DNA of 63,010 bases, filler included. It is 3 parts of 3 records of this genome, joined end to end, with 100 filler letters (N's around TTAATTAATTAA, not from the genome) between each part and the next. Parts side by side here need not be neighbours in the genome. Positions count along the whole stretch, not along the records: positions 49,052 to 63,010 come from SRR31156797_2787; 2 more parts are not named here. One strand, written 5' to 3'. Below are positions 53,242 through 61,949 of the stretch, in pieces (position 1 is the stretch's first letter; each line of letters begins with the position of its first letter). The position numbers were made by a program, and so were the translations under genes. The notes under the pieces were generated by a model. That model was given only the letters and a program-made list of their open reading frames with translations, did not search any database and had not been told where the DNA came from.

Positions 53242-53748
53242 ATGGATTTTGTAACCGGTCTCATAAACGGCATCGATCAAGTGCTCATCACCCCCTACCG
53301 GTGGCCTGATAGCCCCATGGCAGGCTGGTGGCTGGGCACATCCATTTTGGCTCTGTGGTCCACACTTCTGGGCAGATTGACCATGGCCCTGGTGATGCGT
53401 GTGAATCTGCGTCACGTGCGTGATGGACTGGAAGAAACCGGCCTGCGGCACACCCAGAGTATGAATGCCCTTAAGGCGGGGGACAAAGATGCCTATAAAG
53501 CCATCAATAAACTGGCCAACGAAGCCTATGGTAAAACCTTCTTTCTGCAGGTGGCCATGGCGGCGGCAACCCTCTGGCCCATCCCCCTGGCCCTCGGCTG
53601 GTTACAATTACGCTTTTCAGAGGTCATGTTTCCCCTTCCGCTGATGAGTAACAGTGTGGGTTACGCGTTTGTCTTTATTCCTCTGTATATCCTGGTGCGG
53701 ATTCTGGTGGCAAAGGTGGTGAACCGGATGTCACGTCATATGCATTGA
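53242..53748 (+). CDS. Hypothetical membrane protein following the TauE-family gene
   Basis: Three hydrophobic segments and a GDK.AYKA.NK.ANEA.GK.FF block. Confidence 0.8.
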   Translation: MDFVTGLINGIDQVLITPYRWPDSPMAGWWLGTSILALWSTLLGRLTMALVMRVNLRHVRDGLEETGLRHTQSMNALKAGDKDAYKAINKLANEAYGKTFFLQVAMAAATLWPIPLALGWLQLRFSEVMFPLPLMSNSVGYAFVFIPLYILVRILVAKVVNRMSRHMH

Positions 53749-53852
53749 CGAAATAATCAAATTACTTTATCGTGTTATCAACTTCCGGAAATTCGCTCCC
53801 TTGACTGTTTTTCTGTAAATCGTTGTTTTGACCGTGAAAGGGGAAGCATCGA

Positions 53853-54935
53853 ATGAGCCCTGCGCTTGTGTCCCGCAGAATTGAAGTTGAAAATGTCGAG
53901 CAGGTGGTGGAAACCTTTTATCAAAAGGGTTGGACAGACGGCCTTCCCGTGGTTCCGCCCACGGAAGAAAAGGTGCTGGCATTCCTTAGCGCTGCAGGGT
54001 TACCCCCCGATGAGATCCTGGGGGCCATTCCGGAGCGGAACCGGGTTTTCACCGCTGAAAAAGTGGCCGTCAACGCCGTCATGGCCGGGTGTCTCCCTGA
54101 ATATTTTCCGGTTGTTGCAGCTGCCGTTAGGGGAATATCCCGACCGGAATTCGGTCTTCACGGTGTTTGTGCCAGCACTGCGGGGTCGGGTATCCTGATG
54201 GTGGTCAACGGTCCCGTGGCGGAGGCCTGCGGTTTGAACAGCGGCCAGAACCTCATGGGGCCCGGAAATCGTGCCAATGCCACCATCGGGAGGGCATTGA
54301 GGCTCGTCTTATACAATCTGGCGGGAAGGGAGTTCGACCGGTCAACCCTGGGGCATCCCGGGAAATATAGCTATTGTATCAGTGAGGATGAAACCGGTTC
54401 CTGGAAACCCCTCCATGTGATGAGGGGATTTCAAAAGGAGATGAGTGCCGTTACCCTTTTTGCAGCTGAAGGGCCCAACCAGGTGCAGAATCACGTGGCC
54501 CTGAAACCGGAAAATATTTTGAACACCATTTCCGATCGCATGCGGGCCCTGGGAAGCTTCAATATGGGCGGGGACTGCGAATGTGCGGTGATCATCTGCC
54601 CGGAACATTATGATGCTTTGAGTAAAGGTGGATGGACAAAGGAGGGGGTTCGGGACTTTCTGTACGAGAACGCCTGCCGGTCTTTGGCGGACCTGAAAAG
54701 GGGAGGGCTCAACGAATCGTCCCTTGAACCGGAGGATGAAGAAGAAATGGTCCGGGCCGTTTCATCACCTGATCATATTCTGCTGATCATGGCCGGAGGG
54801 GAGGCCGGCCGATTTTCGGCTTATCTGCCCGGATGGTTCAGCCGTCACATGTCAAAGGCGGTGACCGAGCCCATCGGGGTGACCTGTGTCGGGGGAACAT
54901 GAGCCGTCACCGGGGTTCCGTTGGAATCCCTTTAG
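53853..54935 (+). CDS. UGSC-associated protein (DGLPVVPPT type), probably extended through UGA to a C-terminal CVGGTU tail (360 aa; 349 aa if UGA is a stop)
   Basis: GWTDGLPVVPPT, AVMAGC.PEY and GNRANATIGRA motifs; TGA at 54900-54902 follows CVGGT and precedes a SECIS-like hairpin, AVTGVPLESL and TAG at 54933-54935. Confidence 0.75.
54912..54930 (+). promoter_or_regulatory. Putative bacterial SECIS element 1
   Basis: GGGGTTCC-GTT-GGAATCCC: 8-bp stem with one G-U, G-first loop, 17 nt between the UGA and the loop. Confidence 0.65.
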
Positions 54936-54956
54936 TTGAGAAGGAAGGAAATTATC

Positions 54957-55481
54957 ATGACCTTTACCGTGCTGGATCCTACGAATGAGCCCGTTAAAAC
55001 AACCTTTAGAAAGGCCCCACGGCCGGAAACCCTGAAAGGGCTCAGGCTCGGACTCATTGATAATGGAAAGAAGAATTCCGATTATCTTGTCAAGAAAATC
55101 GCTGAAAGATTGCGGACCCTTTACGGCCTCAGTGGAGACATTCTTGTGAAAAAGCCTTCCCCTTCACATGCCATCCCTGGGGATATGGCTCAAGCCCTTG
55201 TTGGAAAGGTCGATGTGGTGGTCGCCGGTATCGGGGATTGAGGTTCTTGCAGCTCGGGCAGTGTGCTCGATGGCATCGTCATGGAAAAACTGGGTGTCCC
55301 CGCGTCCGTGGTCTGCACGGAACCTTTTGTGAGTTCAGGGAAAGCCATGGCTGTGGCCCACGGTTTCCCCGACTATCCCTTTGCCGTCATGCCCCATCCC
55401 ATCAATGCCACAACCTATGAAATGTTGGATTCGTGGGTGGAAGATGCCCTTCCTGAAATTGCACGCTTGCTGCTTGCATGA
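54957..55481 (+). CDS. UGSC-family selenoprotein (174 aa, Sec at codon 95)
   Basis: Track ORFs 54936..55241 and 55263..55481 share a frame and are split by one TGA (55239-55241), giving AGIGD-U-GSCSSGSVLDG; AAGGAAGGA RBS before the ATG at 54957. Confidence 0.92.
55248..55275 (+). promoter_or_regulatory. Putative bacterial SECIS element 2
   Basis: TCGGGCA-GTG-TGCTCGA (55254-55270): 7-bp stem, G-first loop 19 nt after the UGA, with lower TGC/GCA pairing. Confidence 0.8.
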
Positions 55482-55556
55482 AGAGTCCGTTTCTTTCTGC
55501 AGGAACCTTTGAAATGCGACTGATTTTGTTATTGATCATTATGGAGAAGAGTTATT

Positions 55557-56615
55557 ATGTTTGAACAAGGTGTTATCAGGCCGCCCAGTGAAGCCAACAG
55601 CCTTCTGGTCCGTGTGACGAGAAACTGTCCGTGGAACCGCTGCCTGTTCTGTCCCGCCTATAAGGGAACGACTTTTTCCAGGCGGTCCGTTGCGGAAATA
55701 AAAAAAGATATCGATGAAATGGTGCAATATTATGGACCTAATGGTTCACAATTCACCACGGCGTTTTTCCAGGATGCCGATTCCATGATCCTTCCCACTG
55801 AAGAGCTTCTGGAGATCTTAAAATACCTCGGGAAGGCCTTTCCATCCTTGACCCGGATCACTTCCTATGCCCGCGCCAAAAGCCTTAAGCGGAAAAGCGT
55901 TAAATCCCTGAAAACGCTTAAAGCGGCAGGATTAACGCGGATCCATACGGGACTTGAAAGCGGGTCCGTGAAGGTTTTGAAATTGATTCAAAAAGGAGAG
56001 AGCCCCGGGGAAATGATTGAAGGGGGGCAGCGGGTCATGGCGGCCGGCATAGAGCTTTCTGAATATATCATGCCGGGTGTGGGCGGCAGGGAATTGAGCC
56101 GTGAGAATGCCCTCGGGACGGCGGATGTCTTAAACCGCATCCGCCCGGATTTTATCCGGGTTCGCACATTTGCCCTGCCGCCTGCTTCCCCCATGGAGGC
56201 CATGGCCCGGGAAGGTCGTTTTTCTCCCATGAATGAACTGGAAATCGTCGCTGAAATCCGGGATTTGATGCGCCATTTGGAGGAAATGCCGTCACATTTC
56301 CGTTGCGCGGATTTCAGCCTGAACCTGCTGATGCATGTGGATGGGTATCTGGACCGGGATCGACCCCGCATGCTTGAAGATCTGGATTCATTCCTGTCCC
56401 TTTCCGAATTGGACCAAAAGAGTTATGTTCTGCTTCAGCGATCCGGTCATTTTGGTGTGCATCCATCGGAGATGCTCAAGCATCAGGATCTAATGCGTGA
56501 GCTTCACAACAAGATTGAAGAACTGGATGGTGGTAACGGAGGCGGTTTTGACGGGTATATTCGTGCCATGATGGCCGGCCAGTTGCCTCGCCCTCAGACC
56601 GGTACTTGGACATAA
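55557..56615 (+). CDS. Radical SAM protein
   Basis: IRPPSEA.S, CPWNRCLFC (CX4CX2C variant), FFQDAD, GLESG and SEYIMPG.GG. Confidence 0.9.
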   Translation: MFEQGVIRPPSEANSLLVRVTRNCPWNRCLFCPAYKGTTFSRRSVAEIKKDIDEMVQYYGPNGSQFTTAFFQDADSMILPTEELLEILKYLGKAFPSLTRITSYARAKSLKRKSVKSLKTLKAAGLTRIHTGLESGSVKVLKLIQKGESPGEMIEGGQRVMAAGIELSEYIMPGVGGRELSRENALGTADVLNRIRPDFIRVRTFALPPASPMEAMAREGRFSPMNELEIVAEIRDLMRHLEEMPSHFRCADFSLNLLMHVDGYLDRDRPRMLEDLDSFLSLSELDQKSYVLLQRSGHFGVHPSEMLKHQDLMRELHNKIEELDGGNGGGFDGYIRAMMAGQLPRPQTGTWT

Positions 56616-56624
56616 GGAGTGTTT

Positions 56625-57365
56625 ATGGATGTTCACAAGGAAAGAATTGCAGTATTTATTGATGCGGATAATGCACCGGCAAAAAAAATTGATATGATTT
56701 TGTCTGAACTGGCAAAATATGGTGTTGTCAGTATCCGGAAGGCTTATGGAAACTGGAAGAAACCTTCCATTAAAGGCTGGGAGGATGTCCTTCATGAATA
56801 TTCCATTCAGCCGGTTCAGCAGTTTGACATTGTTAAAGGGAAGAATGCCACGGATATGGCCATGACCATTGATGTGATGGACATTCTTTATACGAAGAAT
56901 ATCGACGCCTTCTGTATTGTATCGTCGGATAGTGATTTTACGCCTCTGGTTCTAAGGGTCCTATCAGAGGGCAAATCGGTCATCGGTTTTGGTGAGCGTA
57001 AGGCACCGTCACCATTTGTCAACGCTTGTTCCCGTTTTCTGTATCTGGATGAACCCGCAAAACCTGATACCAATGGTGTGCAAGGGGTGAAACAGATGGG
57101 TAAAGCGCTTAAATCGGATACCAAACTCATGAATCTCTTGCGAAACGCCATCGATTCGGAGCAGGATGATGACGGCTGGGCCTATCTGGGACGTATCGGC
57201 GCCCATATTTCCAATCAGGCCTCCTTTGACTCCAGAAATTACGGTTACAAAAAGCTGGGTGATCTCATACGGGCAATCGATATTTTTGAAACAAAACTGG
57301 TGGGTGGCGGCCAGTTATACGTCAGGGACAAGCGAAGGGTGAAACCGACCGCCAAAACGGAATGA
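56625..57365 (+). CDS. NYN-domain protein with C-terminal OST-HTH/LOTUS domain
   Basis: IDADN, GKNATD, SSDSDF and FDSRNYGYKKL; AAGGAG RBS before the ATG at 56625. Confidence 0.92.
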   Translation: MDVHKERIAVFIDADNAPAKKIDMILSELAKYGVVSIRKAYGNWKKPSIKGWEDVLHEYSIQPVQQFDIVKGKNATDMAMTIDVMDILYTKNIDAFCIVSSDSDFTPLVLRVLSEGKSVIGFGERKAPSPFVNACSRFLYLDEPAKPDTNGVQGVKQMGKALKSDTKLMNLLRNAIDSEQDDDGWAYLGRIGAHISNQASFDSRNYGYKKLGDLIRAIDIFETKLVGGGQLYVRDKRRVKPTAKTE

Positions 57366-57383
57366 TCCTGACGGCATCGATAT

Positions 57384-58259
57384 ATGGCAGGAGTTGTATT
57401 GAATATGAAGTGTACTGAAGAAAATATGTTGCACCAGCTGAAACCGTACGAAAATCAATTACCCGATTACCATATGCACACCGCTTTGTGCAGGCACGCC
57501 AAAGGAACGGTTGCCGACTACCGGAGGGCGGCCGGTGCCCTCGGAATTCCTGAAATCTGCTTTGTGGATCACGCCCCAAATCCGGATGGGTACGATCCGA
57601 AACACCGTATGAACCTCAATGAGTTTTCCGACTATCAGGAGATGGTGGGTGCCGAGATGGACCATCAGGCGCCACATGTCCTCTTCGGCATAGAGGCGGA
57701 TTATTACAGGGGGTGTGAGACGTTCCTGGAAAAATGGCTGGAGACCCAGGATTTTGATCTTGTGCTCGGCTCGGTGCATTTTATTGAGGACTGGGGGTTT
57801 GATAACCCGGATGTGAAGCAGGTCTGGAATTCGGTGGATGTTACGGATACCTGGGCAACCTATTTTAAACTGGTAATGAAATTGGTGGATACCCGGCTTT
57901 TTGATGTGGTCAGCCACCTGGATATCCCCAAAAAATTCGGGCACCGTCCATCCCAAAAAGATCTTAAGGAGATGGTGCAGCCGGTCCTGGACCGGGTGGC
58001 GGCAGCAGGGATGGGCATGGAGTTAAATACTTCGGGGCTTCGTAAACCGGTTGGGGAAATTTATCCATCGGTCTTGATCGTAACACTAGCCCGGGAAAGG
58101 GATATCCCCATCTGTTTCGGTTCGGATGCGCACAATCCGCAAGAAGTGGGCAAAGATTTTCCCGCTGCCCTTAAGCTGGCCCGAGATGCGGGGTATACAG
58201 ACTATTTCAGGATCAAGAAACGGAAAAAAACCCTGATAACGCTTCCGGAAGTGCTTTAA
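57384..58259 (+). CDS. PHP-family histidinol-phosphatase (HisJ/HisK type); start uncertain
   Basis: DYHMHT.LC.HA.G, DHAP, GIE.D, GSVH, HLD..K, ELNTSG and GSDAH. Confidence 0.9.
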   Translation: MAGVVLNMKCTEENMLHQLKPYENQLPDYHMHTALCRHAKGTVADYRRAAGALGIPEICFVDHAPNPDGYDPKHRMNLNEFSDYQEMVGAEMDHQAPHVLFGIEADYYRGCETFLEKWLETQDFDLVLGSVHFIEDWGFDNPDVKQVWNSVDVTDTWATYFKLVMKLVDTRLFDVVSHLDIPKKFGHRPSQKDLKEMVQPVLDRVAAAGMGMELNTSGLRKPVGEIYPSVLIVTLARERDIPICFGSDAHNPQEVGKDFPAALKLARDAGYTDYFRIKKRKKTLITLPEVL

Positions 58260-58400
58260 AAACGACCGCATTACCATTGAGTTGCTCATTTACCATAGAA
58301 CCATTATTCTCGTTTATAGGGGCACCCATGGCGAGGTTTAAAGATACATCACTCGTCAGGGGGTGAGATAGGCTTTAAACTTCATAATGATGATGAGGGG

Positions 58401-58892
58401 GTGGCGATGGATCGGAAAGCATTTTGGCGCGTGTTGTCTCTGTCCGTATTTACGGTGTTGGTTTTTGCCGGATGGCAAATAACGATGGTTGAAGCTAATC
58501 AGGCTGAAGGAATGTCACCCGGTGGTACTGGAGGAAGTAAGGTAGGTTCAAGAAATCTCAATCTGATCCTGCTCAATAACCAGGGGTATAAAAAGAAACG
58601 AAAGGGGCCGGTGGAATTCACCCATAAAAAGCATGTGTACCAATACAGACTGTTCTGCTGGGATTGTCATCACGACTACAAAGATGGACAGGATGTCTGG
58701 GTGCCGTGGGGAAAGACCCAGCGATGCCGTGAATGCCACAATCCAAAGGATAAAAAACACAATAAGATCATGCTCCAGAAAGCGTTTCATTATCAATGCA
58801 AAGGGTGTCACAAGAAGCTGGCGAAACAAAAGAAGAAGACCGGCGCCTATCGAAAATGCGGGGGGTGCCATCTGAAGAAAGAGGCCAAGTAG
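58401..58892 (+). CDS. Tetraheme class III cytochrome c (c3 family), very basic
   Basis: Signal or anchor segment, VEFTHKKH, and CWDCH, CRECH, CKGCH and CGGCH. Confidence 0.92.
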   Translation: MAMDRKAFWRVLSLSVFTVLVFAGWQITMVEANQAEGMSPGGTGGSKVGSRNLNLILLNNQGYKKKRKGPVEFTHKKHVYQYRLFCWDCHHDYKDGQDVWVPWGKTQRCRECHNPKDKKHNKIMLQKAFHYQCKGCHKKLAKQKKKTGAYRKCGGCHLKKEAK

Positions 58893-59229
58893 ACTGGTTT
58901 CGGGTTATATGAACAATGATTCCAGATATATGCTAAGGAAGTGCCGTGCCACAAACAGAAACGGATTTAAAACCATGTTTTTATTTGCTGAGTCAGAGGG
59001 TTCGTATGACAACTTTTGCTTTGGTCCTGTATGGGAAACTTATGGGAAAAGATGCTGGTTGCAAACGGGATAATTTTTGTTTTTCAAGAGAAATTCGGTA
59101 GTACAGGCCATTTCAGAGCCCGATTTTTTTCAGACCAGACACCATATATTGTGGCCGTCTAATTATCGACTAAATTTCAGATATATAGTTAGTACAGGTT
59201 CACCAAGACCCAATGTGCGTTTGGATATT

Positions 59230-59612
59230 CAAACTATCTGTAAGGGCACCGAGATGGATCGAACAAGGCGCTATGGAAGGTAGATCCGTACTCACGAAAA
59301 AGCCCGCATTCTGAGTCTGATACATGAGCCTTTCATCGAGATTTCCGGTGGGGTGGACAACGCGCATGTGAGTGGTCGAGGCAACCGGTTGCATGTAGAC
59401 ATCGACACCGGCCGTTTTCAAAGGTTCAAGAATAAACGCGTCCTTTTCAGCCATCCTTGTAACAAAACGGCAATTTTTTTTTCAGTCCGGCAACAGGCGG
59501 CCAATGCCCCGAAAAACGGTGCGCCTCCTGGTGCGCGGCGGGCGGATCCTTCCCTCGCCTCTATTTCATCGATGGTCACATGGCCCATAAATACCAGATC
59601 GTACCGATTCAT
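59230..59612 (-). pseudogene. PfkB/ribokinase-family kinase remnant (frameshifted and truncated)
   Basis: GHVTID...PGGA...A N-terminus; the frame shifts near 59465 into TRMAEKD...HLGALTD and similarity ends long before the ATP-binding motifs. Confidence 0.7.
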
Positions 59613-59742
59613 TCCGGCTCCTTTTTCTCAACTCCGGCCAAACAACCGGGATTAAAAATTCTTATTATTACAAAACCCAACACAAAAAGACAGCCTTTGG
59701 TTTATCGGAATTTATGAATTTAAATACCAGCAATAAAGGGTT

Positions 59743-59952
59743 TTATTTAGCAAGCACCACGCCCCCTATGACCATGGCGACGCCTAGAACTCGCAGGGGC
59801 GTAATGGGCTGTATTTGGTATCCCAGGCAACCAAAATGGTCAAAGAGTATTGAGGTGATCATCTGGCCGGCGACCACCAGAGAAAACAGGGTTGTCGCTC
59901 CCAACCTGGGGGCAGCGATTATGGCGGATGTTACGAAAACGGCGCCCACAAT
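59743..59952 (-). pseudogene. C-terminal fragment of a DMT/YdcZ-type transporter
   Basis: GAVFV.....PRLGA.......GQ...S...DHFG..G....P....R..G; no N-terminal half is present upstream. Confidence 0.7.
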
Positions 59953-60044
59953 CTTCTTCCAAAGACCGTGGAGTTGATAACCCTTTACATTGAGCGGTAT
60001 CGTCTGACACCAAGACCCATTTACCGGAACTGCCTATTCATCTA

Positions 60045-60177
60045 TTATGTTGCGAAATACTCTCAGGAAAAGCTATTGTATGGGTTAACACGCTGATATT
60101 GCAAAGACTTCATCAGCTCCTGAGCAAATCCCGGAAATGTCAATATATTTAGACAGTTAGGGAAACTCGCAACATAA
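60045..60177. repeat. 133-bp segment bounded by a perfect 11-bp inverted repeat
   Basis: TTATGTTGCGA (60045-60055) and TCGCAACATAA (60167-60177). Confidence 0.55.
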
Positions 60178-60275
60178 GGGTCACACCTATTTATTTATTA
60201 TTTTTATCATTGTGCCCCCTTTTTTTGTCGTTTTTTTGACGATGGTGCAACCTAATGGTATCATCCGATTCACGG

Positions 60276-60313
60276 TTGACATGACCAACATGATGTCCTA
60301 GAATAAGGTCATG
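60276..60313 (+). promoter_or_regulatory. Sigma70 promoter and probable operator of the vapBC-type pair
   Basis: TTGACA (60276-60281), 17 nt, TAGAAT (60299-60304); inverted repeat CATGACC (60280-60286) and GGTCATG (60307-60313). Confidence 0.78.
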
Positions 60314-60565
60314 ATAAGTTCAAATATAAATGAAATCAAAACGCATTTTTCGAGTTTCCTTGCAAAAGTCAGCAATGGAGAAACCGTGGTCGTCTGTAAA
60401 CGGAATGTACCGATTGCTGAAATAAAACCGATTGCGGCACTCCCAAACAAAAAGCGTCCAATTGGTTTGGCCGGAAAAGAATATCCGGACTTTGAAATAG
60501 GCGACGCTTTTTTTGAGCCTCTCCCGGAGGATATTCTTGCTGCCTTTAGTGGCGAAGAGGCATGA
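60311..60565 (+). CDS. Phd/YefM-family antitoxin
   Basis: NINEIKTHFS..L..V..GE.VVV...N.PIAEI.P; overlaps the toxin start (ATGA). Confidence 0.9.
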   Translation: MISSNINEIKTHFSSFLAKVSNGETVVVCKRNVPIAEIKPIAALPNKKRPIGLAGKEYPDFEIGDAFFEPLPEDILAAFSGEEA

Positions 60566-60948
60566 AACTTTTACTGGATACGTGCACGTTTCTCTGGTTG
60601 ATCCAGGGTAGTGAAACGCTGTCGTCTAATGCAATTGAAGCGTTTACCGATCCGAAAAATGAAGTTTATCTAAGTTCTGTTTCCGCCTGGGAAATCAATG
60701 TTAAATTTGGCTTGGGCAAATTGCCTCTTCCACTTTCACCTGATAAATTTATTCCCAAAGAGCGAAAAAGACATATGATTACCCCGCTGGATTTGTCAGA
60801 GCAGGATACATCTCACCTTCTTAAGCTGCCCAACCCCCACAAAGATCCTTTTGACCGTATGCTTGTATGTCAGGCCATTGAGCATTCTCTGACAATCCTT
60901 ACCCCTGATCCACTTGTTACACAGTACCCAATTCGTTCTATCTGGTAG
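60562..60948 (+). CDS. vapC: PIN-domain VapC toxin
   Basis: LLLDT..FLW, S.VS.WEI, HKDPFDRMLV.QA and LT.D. Confidence 0.93.
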   Translation: MKLLLDTCTFLWLIQGSETLSSNAIEAFTDPKNEVYLSSVSAWEINVKFGLGKLPLPLSPDKFIPKERKRHMITPLDLSEQDTSHLLKLPNPHKDPFDRMLVCQAIEHSLTILTPDPLVTQYPIRSIW

Positions 60949-61039
60949 TGGGCCGTCATGGCGTCGCCCATTAAAGGGCTAGTCAAATGAAAACACGCTC
61001 CACCGGCCCCCAATCGCAACCCTGGATCATCGAGACGGC

Positions 61040-61309
61040 TCAAAATTGATCGTAATGTCCAGCAATTGCAAAAAAGTAAATGTCGTTGTCATCGAATTGA
61101 TAAGCGACGCGGTCTTTTTGGCTCAACCTGCGTGACCAAAAACCGGAAAGGTTATGGCCAAGGGCTTCGGGTTTTCCCGTTCCGATTGCCGGGTCCCCCC
61201 GAAGCATCTCTTTTAAAATTGAAGAAAGGGCTTTATGCAAACGCTTGTCTTTGGTTCTGAATTTTTCGTAAGTCGTCCACGTGCTGTCCTCAAACACCAA
61301 GGATCTCAT
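61040..61309 (-). CDS. yoeB: Txe/YoeB-family toxin
   Basis: GTGKPEAL.HNLSGFWSRR and C-terminal GHY; ATG at 61309. Confidence 0.88.
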   Translation of the reverse strand: MRSLVFEDSTWTTYEKFRTKDKRLHKALSSILKEMLRGDPAIGTGKPEALGHNLSGFWSRRLSQKDRVAYQFDDNDIYFFAIAGHYDQF

Positions 61310-61481
61310 GTATTTCTCCATCCGTTGGTGTGTAATCGGAACGTTCCCAATCTTCCGCACTCATGACAATAAAATCTCCCCCACTACGGCGGGTTACTTT
61401 GAGCGGCACATGCGCACTGGCCGCCTGTTCGACAAAATTCTTCATCTTTGAGCGAAACTGGTTTACGCTGACGGTTTCCAT
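61290..61481 (-). CDS. yefM: YefM-family antitoxin, unusually short (63 aa)
   Basis: SVNQFR..MK.FVE......P.KVTRR.G.DFIVMSAEDW; GGAGG RBS; overlaps the yoeB start. Confidence 0.75.
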   Translation of the reverse strand: METVSVNQFRSKMKNFVEQAASAHVPLKVTRRSGGDFIVMSAEDWERSDYTPTDGEIHEILGV

Positions 61482-61729
61482 GGGCACCTCCCAATACGTA
61501 CTGCTTTACGGTACATGCTGACGCACCCAAACAGATTAATCAAATAGAGAAAAAGGAATGATGTTAATGATTGTCTAAATATGATTTAAACTTAAATCTC
61601 ATTCACCATTAAAAATGATCGCCGGGAGCTGGGTGCGTTTCGGAAAATAATTGATTGATCCGGGTCGGGAAGAGAGAAAAAAATAAAAAGTGAATATCCA
61701 ATGTCGAACAAATAATTTCCAATAATCAG

Positions 61730-61754
61730 GTAGGGGCGAAAAAACTTTCGCCCT
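61730..61754 (+). repeat. Single REP-like palindrome
   Basis: GTAG-GGGCGAAA-aaac-TTTCGCCC. Confidence 0.65.
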
Positions 61755-61949
61755 GAGATATGCCTTGTTCCATATTCCGCGGTTCAAGATTTTTCAAATC
61801 GCCACCCCAACATCTTGTGGCCAAAAGACATTTTATTCTGGTTGCAGTGTGCTTATTTCTTCTTTGCATGTGCTATACAAACAATTCGATTTAATCCCGC
61901 CTGGGTGAGATATTTCGAATTTTCCTAAATTGGCATTCCATCGAGACTT

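Noticed and set aside
55238-55420. 60-aa ORF MRFLQLGQ...
   Set aside because: Out-of-frame shadow of the UGSC selenoprotein.
25318-57365. Sec read-through at other TGA stops (mtnA, waaA, LamG protein, TauE, the UGSC end, NYN)
   Set aside because: These proteins look complete at the TGA, and I saw no redox motif together with a suitably placed G-loop hairpin.
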